Assembly (NCBI RefSeq): GCF_006345805.1
Contig: NC_043007.1
Location: 5,828,001 to 5,892,000 of the forward strand
DNA: 64,000 nt
Direction: 5' to 3'
Source: Octopus sinensis
Lineage: Eukaryota
Every line of letters starts with the position of its first letter. Position 1 is the first letter of the stretch. Below are positions 13,813 to 27,507 of this stretch, piece by piece. The notes under the pieces are model-generated. The model saw only the letters and a program-made list of their open reading frames with translations. It did no database searches and was not told the DNA's origin. Position numbers and translations under genes: made by a program.

Positions 13813-14924
13813 TTTCTATCAGTAATTACAAATAGAACAGGATGAATTACTTCTTTTCAAGGCCAAGGTCAGCGCTCTCAGTGGTCGCTGGTAGTAGTAA
13901 ACGTATTTGACCTCTGCTGACTCAGAGGGTGCTAAGATTCTTTTGTCTTCTATTGCTGACCTCCTCGCCATCTACCGAATCGATTTCTAAACCTGTAGAA
14001 ATCGATCTATTCACCAAGCTGCTGCTCTTCCCCCAACTATTTCCTTCAACAACCACATATTTATGATTATCTCAAGTACAAGACAAAAGTTGAAAATAAT
14101 AAAGAACATTTAATAAAACCTTTTAATAATCAATGGAAATAGTAATAATGATAATAACAATAGTAGTGATAGTGATGGTGATGGTGATAATGATAAAAAT
14201 AGAAAAATATGCTTCAGCTGCTAATACTACAACTACTACTATTCTGATAGTACATGAATCTGAGGCCCAACTACCGCTACTACCACTATTCCCACCCCTA
14301 TTACTGTTGCTGCTGCTGCCACCACTGCTGCTACTACACATAGATACAACAGTATAGGCAGTAATTCACAACGGCGATAGAAGATTGAAGAAGAGACTGC
14401 CCACTGAAGAAGATTAGAAGTGAGCAAATGGTTCTCTAGAAAGTCGTTCTGCATGGCAGAAAGAGTAGTTACACCTCTTTTAAATTACAACTAACATCGC
14501 TGAGGAAGGCCCGATCAAATACTGCAATTTTCTGTGGTCTGTCCACGAGAACAGCGCTGGAGATTGGTGCCACCCCTGTCCGGCATAGGCCTGTGTAACC
14601 TCTGAGTCTGTTAATATAACAAGAGAAAATAGTAAAAAAATAAAAACAAAAATAATATCAGTGATGATAATAATGATAATAATAGAAGGTAGCGGGTGGA
14701 GTCTCCCCATGTCCTGCTTAATAATACATCTAGTGATGGTGTCAATAAAAACACTGGTAATTGTGCAACCTGATAATCGTTACCTCATATGAGTGACAAT
14801 GGAAAAACAAAATATTGTGAATAACGGTGGTAATGAAACTGAAGCCATTGATGGTGATAGCGTTGTATCCGGCTGTCTCAGACTCTTGACCGGCTCCAAC
14901 CTGTCGATATCCATAACGGGACCA

Positions 14925-16330
14925 CCACACACGACGTAGATGGAGCAAGAAAATTAATGCTGTGGTCATGGAGTGTTACTACCTGAGTAACCCTGTAGAT
15001 TAAAATGGTGCTCAAATTAGGGGTTACCGACAACGCATGTATGATCATTGGAGGGATAAGGGATTTATAGCTTACGGAACAGAGACTATGTGATCAAGCT
15101 AGAGCAATAAAAAGAAACTCGCTGGTTCACCGAAGTAGAGATCGAAGTTATCAAAAGCGAGTCTCGGAAAAACGTAGCAGAGATAACGATGAAAATACAT
15201 TTCTTACTAATAAGAGTAATCTCATAGCACAGGAAAGGAGCAGTGGTAGCTTACTTGATGAGAGACATATAGATGAAAGAAGACAAAAAACTAATGGAGA
15301 CATGACAGATGAACAAAAGACAATCTACCAAAGAATACAGGTAAGACTACAGGAGAACGATAGCGACATTATTTGCAACCTTAAAAAGGTTGATCGATGG
15401 AAATTGAACCAAGAAACCATAAATGTCAATGAAATTCTGAAATACAGCAGTACAAACAACTTCACAGAAACAAATAATTTGATCAAGGCAGCAAGTATTG
15501 TTGTAGCACAAAACGTGAGTGTTGATGCCAAGAAAAAGAAATATAATGGGAGTGACAAAAGAAAAGATCCATGGTGGAAAACAAGAATACAGTCAGACAT
15601 GCTCTGGAAAGAAATCTCTGTGTTAGACCGAAAAAAGAAAAGGGAGCTTAAAAGCGAACAAAAATACAGGACGCTGAAAAGGAAGTATAATATAGAAACA
15701 AAGGGCATGAAAGTAGCAGTGGAGGAACTGAAACAGCGCCTCGTTGCAAAGAAAGCAAAGATGGTAAGATACGACCAAAGAATGAAGGGTTACCACCAGA
15801 ATAGGCTATTCAGAGTAGATCAAAAGAGATTCTATAAAGATATAAATGGTGAGTGTACAGATGAAAAGTTGATACCAGATAACATTGAAAGTCAAAGGTT
15901 TCGGAGTGACATCTGGAGCAAAGACAAGGAGCACATGAAGGATGCTGAATGGTTGCAAGAACTGAAACAAACAGTAGTCTGTCCAAAACAGGCAGAACTA
16001 GTCATTTCAGTAAAGGAAGTGAAGTAAATCAGCAAAAAAAGAGCAACTGGAAGGCCCCGGGACCAGATGGAGTTCAAGGCTACTAGATCAAAAGATTTGG
16101 TGAATGTCATGCACGAATAGCTGCACAACACAACACTTTGTTAAATGCCGACCAAGTACCACCAGAGGGGTTGACATTGGGTAGGACAGTGTTGTGCTTG
16201 AAAAACATCGTAAAAGGCAATACAGTAGACATATACAGGCCAATATCCTGTTTGCCACTTACGTAGAAATTATTGACTGGAATACTCGTAGAATCGATGT
16301 ACGAACATCTGGAAAAAAATGAATTTAAAA
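14925..16330 (+). mobile_element. R4/Dong-like non-LTR retrotransposon, N-terminal to RT part, degenerate
   Basis: RWSKKINAVVMECYYLS; ORF 15302-16027 with DPWWKTRI and QNRLFRVDQKRFYK; then NWKAPGPDGVQGY*IK and YRPISCL with stops. Confidence 0.85.
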
Positions 16331-16529
16331 TGTAGAGCAAACTTCAGCTGAAAATTGCTCAACATCTCAAATTGATGTAACGTTTGCATTGTTCAATTAA
16401 ATGGAGTCACATGCATTACTTTTGTATATCCTTGTTGCTTATTTTGATTATAATCACCTTATTTTAAATTGTATGGATAATACCATACTAAAGTCTGGCG
16501 CCTTCAACTTAAGTACCATATTCATCTGA

Positions 16530-16578
<49 letters not shown>

Positions 16579-16603
16579 AAGAGAGAAGGAGAGCGAGATA
16601 GAT

Positions 16604-16717
<114 letters not shown>

Positions 16718-16734
16718 TACATCTCTATCCAGTA

Positions 16735-16900
16735 TGATATGGACATTGAAAGACGGTAGAATAAGTAAACCCCACATAAAATGGAACATCATTGCTAAAA
16801 CCAGAAAATACAGAGGAACCAAATGTGAATTCTCTGTCATCAAAAAAACTAAATGCCATTCACTCTACAGATAACATCCTAAATATTAGGGATGAAATCT
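16735..16900 (+). mobile_element. Penelope-like GIY-YIG C-terminal fragment
   Basis: [10 protein letters not shown]...[12 protein letters not shown]...KCEF. Confidence 0.5.
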
Positions 16901-19147
16901 CGCCCTGAGACAATATTTCACATTCAACACCAAGTGCGCCCGTAATACCCGCAGGATTGCCCCTTTCCTGTACGTGATATGTGAACATACATAGCATACA
17001 AATTGTACGCACAGAATAAATATTCCCCCATGACGAACTACCTCAGTACACAAGCATATGAACATCACATACACCCAGAATATAATATATTCCTTTCTAC
17101 AGGAGGCACAGGGCTTCAAATTTGTGGGAAGGAGACTAGTCGATCACATCGACACCAGGGTTTCACTGGTACTTAATTTATCAACCACGAGAGGATGAAA
17201 GGCAAAGTCAACCTCGGAGGAATTTTATATCAGAACGTAGCGACGGGCGAAATACCGCTATGTATTTCGTCCAGCGTACTTACGATTCTACAAACTCGCC
17301 GACTTAATATAATATAAGATAATGCAAACAGATTTACCAATCAACATGACTGCTTGCTTAAAATTCAAATCCAAAGGAGATAGCTATTCGAAAGTTATTA
17401 CACCTAATTTTTTTCTTGTTTTCTTTACGATAATCTCCGTGAATTCAACGAGATTTATGTTTTTTTCTTATCTAAAAGGGAGACGAACACCATTCCTCCA
17501 TATGATCGGCTAAAAAAAAGATATCAGTATTTTTTCTTTTTGTTAACATGAAACTAATGGTAGCCTTATTACACAAATAAAGAGATCTATCCTCCAATGC
17601 GGTGTAGAGCACTCATTTAAGCATTCCATATTTACGCATATAACCCCCCACCTCTACCTCCACCCTCAGCCTCAGCCTAACCCACGAGCCTACACTTGCT
17701 TTCCCCACTCTCGCCTCCCGCACATCCCCACACCATCACACCACACAGCACCACACCACATCACATCACCACGCACTCGCTAGCACTGACCACTTCCCAG
17801 CCCCACATCCACACACCTACACACACACGCGCACACGCCAAGGTCAACAGCCCTTTTCCTCACGCACATACATGCTCTCTTATATACACGCACGCGCAGA
17901 TTCGTTTTGGGATCACCACTACTTTATTATCTCCCCATCTTCCTAGCTCTCCTGTGTGACCCATCTGTCCGGCATTCGCCATGATAGATTGCTAGCCACT
18001 ACACATTCTTTACGTTCTCTTCTTCTTTCTTTCTTTGTTCCTTTCTGTGTAAGAGCGTAGGCTCGAAACGTTAGACTTTTTCACTTCCGGACCGTTAAAC
18101 CAATACATCTGTTTGTTTTCTACACCACCTGTCTTCGTCTTTTTGTTTGGTGAATTCTCCCTATATATATATATATTTGGTTTGCCAGATTCTTAGTGTG
18201 AGTTCGTGTGCTGAAGCATATTCTGTTGTGTCTGGAGAGAATCATTCTCTTTTAGTGCCTTATAATTTAACACAGCGGAAAAATACCACTCATTTACTTA
18301 TTTAGAAAAATAAATAAGTAAATGAGTAGAAATTTTACCGGTGAATGTGTTAAATTATAAGGCACTAAAAGACACCTCAGACACAAAAGTGTATATATAT
18401 ATATATATATATATAATGAATTCTCTTGTGAACGACAAATGAGAGTTCAGTAACATAAAAGGTTTTATAATCACGAACGTGTCTCTTGAGGCCTGCTGGT
18501 TCCCCAGCAAATCTTTTGGCAAAGGGATCAAGTTGAGGACTCAGTTTGCTTGAGTGCTTGTGGATTATTTACTGTGTGCTTTCCTGTGTGGAGGGCTAGG
18601 CCCGTTTTTCTTCGAGCCACAAACCCACTATGACAGATTAGGTTTCCCTTTAGAAGAGTAGTGTTTTGCCAGCGTGCCTTCCCATCGAAGAATAAATGGT
18701 TCAACGTTGGTTCTATGTCAGAATGTGTATATATGAATTTTTGCATAATGAGATAAAAAACCAAGGTTGTATAGATATTAGAGCATTTATAGATAGAAGG
18801 TCTTACAGCTGTTTCTAGGATATTAATTAATAATAATGAAGGGATATTATTATTAATTAATAATAATGAAGGGATATTAATTTTAATTAATATTCTAGAA
18901 ACAGCTGTAAGACCTATCTATCCTTCCGGTCTTTCAAAATGTGACCTCGTGTGTGCCGTTGGCGATTTTTTTCCTCTGTCTTTCCTTCTCTGGATCTTTC
19001 CTTCTCATATGTTTCCGAGGAAGAGCTCCGCTCGAAACGTTAAACCCTCCTTCTTTCCTTCTTTCCTGAGCGTCCAATAATACTATATTTGTTCCACGTC
19101 CTCGCGTTGTTGTGTTTTTTTTTGTGCTTTCTTGTTTGGATTAACTG

Positions 19148-19178
<31 letters not shown>

Positions 19179-19272
19179 ATGCCAATATTTCTAATATGTT
19201 CACGTGTGTGTATGTATAATTTAATAGAATAAATTCTTCCTAATGTAAAAATAAACTTTTGTGTTTTATTAG

Positions 19273-19380
19273 GCAAATGCAAATCTGAAAGAAGAACGTT
19301 ATATAATGGTCATTCTTGGTCCAGACGAATGGAAGGAAGCTAATATATCGTCTCCGCATTGGTTGAGGACACACATCAGT
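19273..19380 (+). pseudogene. PEBP4-like paralog B, exon 2 (ANANLKEERYIMVILGPDEWKEANISSPHWLRTHIS)
   Basis: ttttattag acceptor and gtaagta donor, 108 nt, open frame. DPD motif changed to GPD. Confidence 0.88.
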
Positions 19381-19844
19381 GTAAGTATGATAGATACTTT
19401 TGTTAAATGTATCTCTTTATGGATATGTGTGCACTCGTGCATGCAACTGTCAATTTAGCACCAATCTTATGTCCCTACCGTAAGGCTCTACTTCTACAAT
19501 CGCCAGCTTAATTTAATTCGACCTTAGTCAAAAGACACCTATTGTCATATCCTGTTATTTGCATTTGTACTTGTGTAACATTTCTCTCTTTTTTGCGTCC
19601 TTGTTTTCGGATACATTCGCTGCTTTCTCCCAAGGTATCTAATGCTCTTGGCTTAATGTTTCCTTGGGGCTGGCCAGATTCAAGCGATCTCAAGTGTAAG
19701 CAGCTGAAATTGGAAAGATAATCTGGAATTCGACTGAGGAAAGAAAACTCCGTCCTTGTTTTCCTTATATCTTCTGTCTGGATGTTTTGTTGTCCTTTTT
19801 CTGTATCACCTAACTGTCTGGATATTTTCCCTTCTTGTCCAATT

Positions 19845-19875
<31 letters not shown>

Positions 19876-19901
19876 AAGGGTGGAAAGGAACACACGAGTT
19901 G

Positions 19902-22034
19902 ATATATATGAAAAAACAAGTCAAAAATAGAAAATGCTAAGATAATTTTATAATCTGGCTAGAGAATCACGCCAACGAACTACCACACCGCATCAAAAAA
20001 GAATTTGTGATAGAAGGGGTTAAATTCATCCTGGAAAATAACTTCTTCGCCTTCAATGACAACTTCTACCGACAAAAATCGGGGACTGCGATGGGTACAC
20101 GAATGGCCCCCTCCTTTGCCAACCTAGTCATAGGATACCTAGAGATCAGTCTGTATCGTAAGGTTCTAGAAAGATATGGCAGCCCTTTCTCCATCTACAT
20201 AGAAAACAACTGGAAGAGATATCTAGATGACTGTTTCATCTTTTGGCATAAAAATATAGAAAAACTCATAGAATTCCAGAAAATTTTAAACGGACTGGAC
20301 GTAAACATCCAATTCACGATGGAATATAGCAAACAACAACTCCCCTTCCTCGATATCCTCATTAAGAAAGCTAATAATATAATAGAAACAGACATATACT
20401 ATAAGCCTACAGACTCTAAGCAATATCTTCCATTCAATTCATGCCACCCCAGACACACCAGGATGAATATCCCCTTCAATCTAGCAAAAAGGATATGCAC
20501 TATAGTCTCTAACGCAAACACCAGAGACACACGACTACAAGAACTAAAAGATACCCTTATCACCAGGAACTAATCACCTTCACTTATTGACAAGTGCATT
20601 CAACGTGCCCTTCAACTTAACATCAAGGAACTGAGACATCCCAAATCAAAGAAAAACCAAAACCCTTACCATACATCTCCACACACAACCCTCTCAATAA
20701 CGAAGCCTTCGACACCATCCTCCACAACATACCCCTCCTAAAAAAAGACCACAGAATGAACACAATCCTCCAAACACACACGATCATAAAAAGCAAAAGA
20801 CAGCCTAGATCCATGAAAAGTCTCCTTACACAAGCCCGAATTCACTCTTCAACACAGAAGCCGACAGTAAAAAAATGTGGAAGACCCAATTGCGGGATAT
20901 GCGACTATCTAATTGAGGGATCAGAGTTCTCCTTCAAACAAGGACAACGGTTTACAGTGAAAAGCAACTTCACATGTGCTTCGGAGAACCTAATATACTT
21001 ACTAACCTGCTCCGGGTGTCAAGAGCAGTACATAGGCCAAACAAAAAATGGTTTGCGTAAACGAATGGCCCTGCACAGATCCCAGATAAAAATTCCCCAA
21101 AACAGAAAAATAGCTTTTAGCCAACACATAGATATTTGCGCCAACAAAAAAACACCAAACTTCAGAATTTTCCCCCTCTACCAATTTAGGGACGATACAA
21201 CCTCGAGACAACGAATAAGTAAAGAAAATCTCTTTATTACAAAATACAAGCCACTTCTTAACGGGTCTACGACAAACAATTAATATACCTCAACTTTAGA
21301 ATAAAAGAAATATATACACACACAAATATTACACTCCATAGAATCCATTACTAATCAGCCCCATCACAGCTATACTTACACCCATTCATATTCTCCCTTC
21401 TCTGTTTTTTTTTTCTTCTTCTTCTTCTTCTTCTTCTTCTTCTTCTTCTTCTTCTTCTTCTTCATCATCATTATTATCATCATCATCGTCGTCATCATCA
21501 TCACCACCATCATCACAACCATCTTCTCCTTCTCCTTCTTCTTCTTTTCTTCTTCTTCTTCTTCTTCTTCTTCATCATCATCATCATCAACATCGTCATC
21601 TTCTTCTTCTACTTCTCCACCTTCCAACCTTGTCGCTAATGTCTTTCAGTATAACGCCTACGCAAATTCCATAAACAATTCCTGAATTGAACTGCGACTA
21701 CTGTCAGCCACTGACCATTCAAAATACGACCATTAAGGCATTCCCAGATTTCCCCACCCCCTCTCCACATCAGCCTCATTATTCTTCACCTATCCTACCA
21801 AGAACTCAAAACGACCTCGAACACACAAGTGCAAACAAGGGAGTCAGAGAAAGGCAGAATGCTACTTATATATGAACACTACTACAGAAATATTCTTTAA
21901 AAAAAACTTTTCTTCTAATTTTTCTAAATTTAATTATTTAATCGTTACAGTTGAAAAGGTCTCAAAATGACCGAAACCGGTACTGAAAGATTCACTATAA
22001 AATTATCTTAGCATTTTCTATTTTTGACTTGTTT

Positions 22035-22046
<12 letters not shown>
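19902..22046 (+). mobile_element. Penelope-like element (5'-truncated RT + GIY-YIG endonuclease) with a 51-bp inverted terminal repeat, in intron 2 of paralog B
   Basis: ORF 20007-20573 (ENNFFAFNDNFYRQKSGTAMGTRMAPSFANL, RYLDD, LPFLDI) and ORF 20756-21283 (CxxxxCxxC, NLIYLLTCSGCQEQYIGQT). Arms at 19902-19952 and 21996-22046. Confidence 0.92.
21946..21987 (+). ncRNA. Minimal hammerhead ribozyme-like motif (U3-A8 variant) at the Penelope 3' end
   Basis: cag-TTGAAAA-ggtc tcaaaat gacc-GAAA-ccgg-TA-ctg. Confidence 0.55.
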
Positions 22047-22099
<53 letters not shown>

Positions 22100-22239
22100 T
22101 AGGTATGTTTCGACCAAAGATTGGTCCAGGCCATCTCTTACTTTTAATAGCACCACCTGATAGGATTATCTAAATCCTGTTTAAGTCAAGTTTTGTTTAT
22201 GGTCCATTCAAGTAATGAGTTCTAGTTGAGTGAGTTGTA

Positions 22240-22935
22240 TCCATATATGGGTGGCTTATCCGGTTTTCCTTGACGAAATCTGTCCAGACTCCGTTTAAAA
22301 GTGATGAGATCCTTTTCCTCTTTGATCTCTTTCGGGACAATGTTAAACAGGGCAGGGCCTGTTGAGGCAAAGAAATTATGTCAGAGTGTACCTGGATTGT
22401 GATCCTGAATTGAGCTGGGGACGTATGGCCCGTGGTCCCAGCCTTGGATGAACCTTGAAACGACCTTCAGGTCGTTTGGCAATGCTGGCGGTATATTCTC
22501 CACATCGTAAAATAAAGTACCGCTCGTAGTGGCGCTGGAGAGAGTAGAGTTTCAAGGCTTTAAGGCAGTTCCAGTAATCGAGATCAATCGTGCCCTTAAT
22601 ACGTTCAGTGAATGCCCTCTGGGGTGATTTAATTTTCGAGATGTTTTGTTTTGTATGGGGAGACCACAAGGGGAGCAGTATTCGATGTGTGGCCGTACAA
22701 GGGAGGAGAAAAGTGGAATGATGACACCTTGTTCTCTGGACTGGAAGGTTGTTAGGATTCAGGAGCTCACCCTACGCGCTATATCGACCTTACTGTTGAT
22801 ACGGGCACTCCAACTAAGATTGCTATCTACAATTACACCCAGGTGTCTGATATTGTTAGATGCTGTGAGTGGTTCCCCTGAAGGAAGAGAGTATGGCTGT
22901 TTTAGTATAGACTTTCTTCCAAAATGCATCAGAGT
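22240..22935 (-). mobile_element. CR1/L2-type LINE ORF2 3' fragment
   Basis: HLGVIVDSNLSW...WSPH...QRAFTERI...LKLYSLQR. Confidence 0.8.
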
Positions 22936-23240
22936 GGTGTGTTTAATACAAATCAAGAGAAAATAATTGTATTCACGGGACTAGTTTTAGAACTAATCGT
23001 GGGTTTAGTTTTGGTTTATATTTGTTTCTCCAGGTTGTATATAAATTTGTGTAAATTTATCCTCCGATGATCGTAAAATAGTAGAATAGTAAAATTCAAG
23101 AGTTTTGAGACTAAAAACAAGGAAAGTTACTGCTGGTTTGAGTTGAAATCTGCTTCGTTGGCTACTGAGTGGCCGGAACTATGAAAAGAACGTCTTGTCA
23201 CTACGAATGCCGACTACAAGTGTGTGTGTGTGTGTGTGTG

Positions 23241-23284
<44 letters not shown>

Positions 23285-23289
23285 GTATA

Positions 23290-23639
23290 TAATTATTTGG
23301 GCCTCGAGAAACACCAGTGGTTTCCTGAACCCGCATCTGTTTCTAGTCTATATAAACGACATTTCAGGCGTAAAAAAGGACGGCAAAGTGAAAATATTCG
23401 CCGACAACTCTAAGCTCCATAAACTTATCAACGGAGAAGACCAAACTGAATTCCAGTCTGATCTACATGCTGGATGGCAATGAGCAGACAAAAACAAAAT
23501 GCAACTAAACGAGAGATAATCTGAGATGATCCACTTTGGAAGAATTACTATGCTAAAACAACCATATTATCTTCCTACAGGTGACCCGCTCACAGCATAT
23601 GGTAATATCAGAGACCTGGGAGTGACTGTTGACAACAAC

Positions 23640-23640
<1 letters not shown>
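23290..23640 (+). mobile_element. CR1-type RT fragment shared by intron 2 of paralogs B, C (about 41660-42000) and D (about 62170-62510)
   Basis: PHLFLVYINDI...KIFADNSKL...RDLGVTVD; three near-identical copies. Confidence 0.8.
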
Positions 23641-23713
<73 letters not shown>

Positions 23714-23714
<1 letters not shown>

Positions 23715-24734
23715 CTATATATATAAAACTCTAGTTGTGTGAGTGTCTGTCCCCTTCGATTTAGATTCCTAACTCCTCCCACATTTTGCGGTGCACTTTA
23801 ACCAAATTCGGGTATCTTATAGTCGTGATTCATATCGAGCCCGTCTGACTATTAGCGCGCGTCAACTATGAGTCTACGATTTTAAAAATAATTTAACATC
23901 ATTTTTTATTCCATTTTAATGCATAAAATGCATCGTATGTCGATGGCGGCGGAGTTGGCGTCCACGCTCACAGCTGCACCTGTTTGCTTCTCCCCCTTCC
24001 CTCCCTCGTGAAGCTGTGGGGAAGGGAGTGTAAAGAAATCAACGTCGTAATGCGTTGTGAAGGAAACCAGCGTTCTTTTAGAACAACGACTTCATGGCTT
24101 GAAGACACCAAAACAAAAATGGCTAAGAAAGCCCGAATTTATAAGGGAAGTAACTCTCTAAAAATGCTTATATAGTTATTTCCCTTACAAACCCGAGCAA
24201 CGCCGGGCGATACTGCTAGTATATATATAAAACTGTAGTTGTGTGAGTGTCTGTCCCCTTCGATTTAGATTCCTAACTCCTCCCACATTTTGCGGTGCAG
24301 TTTAACCAAATTCGGGTATCTTATAGTCGTGATTAATATCGAGCCCGTCTGGCTATTAGCGCGCATCTACGATGAGTCTACGATTTAAAAAATAATTTAA
24401 CATCATTTTTTATTCCATTTTAATGCATAATTTTTCGTGTGTCGATGGCGGCGGAGTTGGTGTCCACGCTCAAACACCTGCACCTGTGTTTGCTTCTCCC
24501 CCTTCTTCCCTCCCTCGTGAAGCTGTGGGGAAGGGAGTTTAAGGAAATCAACGTCGTAATGCGTTGTCAAGGAGACCAGCGTTCTTTTAGAACAACGACT
24601 TCATGGCTTGAAGACACCAAAACAGAAATGGCTAAGAAAGCCCGAATTGGCATCTATAAGGGAAGTAACTCTCTAAAAATGCTTATATAGTTATTTCCCT
24701 TACAAACCCGAGCAACGCCGGGCGATACTGCTAG
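23714..24734 (+). mobile_element. Two head-to-tail non-autonomous Helitron-like units (23714-24219 and 24220-24734)
   Basis: 5' TC, subterminal hairpin cccgagcaacgccggg, 3' CTAG followed by T. The units are near-identical ~510-bp tandem copies inserted in a (TA)n tract. Confidence 0.75.
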
Positions 24735-24762
24735 TAAATATATATATATATATATATATATA

Positions 24763-25853
24763 TTGAGATCTGGGGACTGTGGTGGCCAGATAAGATGTTC
24801 AACTTCACTAGAATGTTCATTGTGTCATTCAGTAACAACTTTAGCTGTGTGAATTGGAGCATTTTCATCCCGAAAGATTGCGTTTCTCTCCGGAAACATC
24901 TCCGAAGCCATAGGATGAATTTGATCAGATAAAATGCTTAAGGTTTGTGAATTTTGAGGGGAGGAGCAAGTCAAGTATACCAACCCTAGTATTTAACTGG
25001 TACTTTTTCATAGAATCTGAAGGGATGACAAGCAAAGTTGACTACACTGAGATTTAAAATGCCGCTAAGAATTTTGTCTGATGTGCAAACGATTTTGCCA
25101 GCTTGCCACCTTCTTTACAATAATGAGAACATAGCAGACAACACCGAATAATTGGAACGTGTACTCGGTCGGTGGGCAGAAATAAGGTAAAGGATGACTC
25201 GCCTCAGAAAATAACATTCTTCCACTGCTCTAGGGCCCAATTCTGTAAGTTTCTACTCCACTCTAAACGCATTGCAACATTTGTTTTTGAAAGTAGTGGT
25301 CTTGGGATTGCAGCCCTCCGCAGGAATCCGGCTTTGTGCAGCTCCCGCTGGACAGTTTTTGTGGAAACTGGGTTCACAAGGCGGTCATTAAGCTCTGCAG
25401 TTATTTTGGGATGTGTACTTTTCTGATCCTTTCTAAAATTGGCGTAACAGTCCGACGGTCCCACTCTCAAAAATTTTTCGTTTTCTTCCGGAGTTTTATT
25501 TCGACGATGTGGTTTTCCCCTCTTTCTCAAGGGCTGTCATTACTTACGAGGCAGTACTTCTTGATACACCAAACATTTCGGCTGTTTTCGTTACGCTAGC
25601 GCCTGCCATACGAGCACCAACAATTTGACCTCTTTGAAAGTCCGATACATCTGTCATTTTAATGAATTTCAATTACCTTTTTCTGATGACATCTCAAAAG
25701 AAACAGCAATTTTAGCAAAAAAATATTAAGCAACACTAATAATAAATAAAAAAAATCACATAAAAATAAAGAAGCCTTTGTCGGTTTAACAGATATTACC
25801 AAAATTATGATGCTATGATGCTAGGTGTTTCCACTATTTTGTCCTACACCTGT
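24763..25853 (-). mobile_element. Tc1-like transposon remnant (copy in paralog B intron 2)
   Basis: ORF 25204-25530 (VSTKTVQRELHKAG...RLEWSR...WKNVIF), WPPQSPDL motif, terminal tacaggtgtaggacaaaatagtggaaac. Confidence 0.85.
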
Positions 25854-26036
25854 ATATGTACAAGCCTAGATAAGTAACTAAAAGCATGAGAATACATGGA
25901 TAAAAGGTACAAATCTACTAATACATACATAGAAACATAAATGCATGCATAAAGCATACATACATACATACATACATACATACATACATACAATCATACA
26001 TACATACATACATACATACATACATACTAATTTCAG

Positions 26037-26085
26037 CGCGCAGAACTGAAATCAGGCATAACGTCATCATTAAAGGACGCAATAC
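26037..26085 (+). pseudogene. PEBP4-like paralog B, exon 3 (RAELKSGITSSLKDAI+C)
   Basis: aatttcag acceptor and gtaagtg donor, 49 nt, homologous to 3490-3538. Confidence 0.85.
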
Positions 26086-27507
26086 GTAAGTGCTATCTTC
26101 ACTGTTACTCAATCGTGTTACATACTAATACATTCACACACACACATACATACGTACACACTCATACATACATAATACATACATACATACATACATACAC
26201 ACATACATACATACACACATACATACACACATACATACATATATGCATGCATGCGTGCGTGGGCACGCGTGAGGTTATCAATATAATTTGTTGTTCCGTT
26301 AAGTAAATAAACAAAAATCTACGCCATACAAACACGATCCAGTGAGAGATAAATATCATTGAGTGTGCACAGAATAAAGATTCGAGCTGGTAATAGTTTC
26401 TTGTTTTGTACCTCCAAGCAATCTCAGGCTCTGGGCGCATGGTTCGTTCTATTTCTGAAGAGAATAGACCATATGCTCAGAGCCTCTCGATTGCTTGTTT
26501 ATATTTTATATATATATAACCTCATTTATTTCATAGGATGAATTTGATCAGATAAAATGCTTAAATAGACTTGACTGTTAATTCTGCCATGAATAGTCGG
26601 AGGGTCAGATCCAGAAATGAGCACTTTGGCTGCACTCTCTCCTGCAACTTTAGTTTGATGGTACTACATTGTTCCTGGATCTATGGGGATGACATTTTCA
26701 CTTGTACCCATTCGCACAACCTGTCAGGTAATTAGGACAATAGCTTTAACCACCAACTGGTATTTTTATCAAGGCACCATCTCTAGAAAGATTGTCATCC
26801 AAGAGCTGCTCTTCTGCCCATATGTTGGGCCTGTTCCCTTCGCATTTTGTATGTTGAGGACCATGATCATGATTCTCACTAGGAGATAGGTGAGCATCAG
26901 TTGGTCCCGTATCTTCATCCAGATATTGCTCCGGAGATAAGTCCCGATTCACGGTTCATTCGCCTTCAACTCAGGCATAGAGCCGTTGGACACTGACAGA
27001 TTGTCACAACTGTGATTAAGGATTCCTATCTACACCAGTTTTGAAATCAGAGCGTTCCTTCTCTTAGACTGCCAAGCAAGGCTCACGATTTCTGTGTACC
27101 CGTTTTCGGAATGGCTACTGATTCTTCTGCGTTCCTCTGCCCTTTGCTGGGTTTTGTTTTTAATCCCGCAGGGTGTCGAAAATCTACCCTCCTCACCAGA
27201 CAAACTTAGTGGGGTTGCCGGTTATTCACTGACGGCTCAACGATTTCAAAACACCACTTGTTAATCGTTCTACATAATTATCAATCTGGGTAATTATTTA
27301 CTTGTTCACTACTATAGTTTCACTATTATTACTATAATTATATTATTACAATAAGGCCTAGAGGTCCTAATATTTTCTACTCTGATTACTTTAGACAACA
27401 AAAGATGACAGATTATAGTAGAACGGACATGTGGTGTCTACTAATACAGGCCGTTTCATTGGACTGGTAATTGGCAACCCTGGCAGTGAATTGGGGGTGG
27501 ATGGGAG

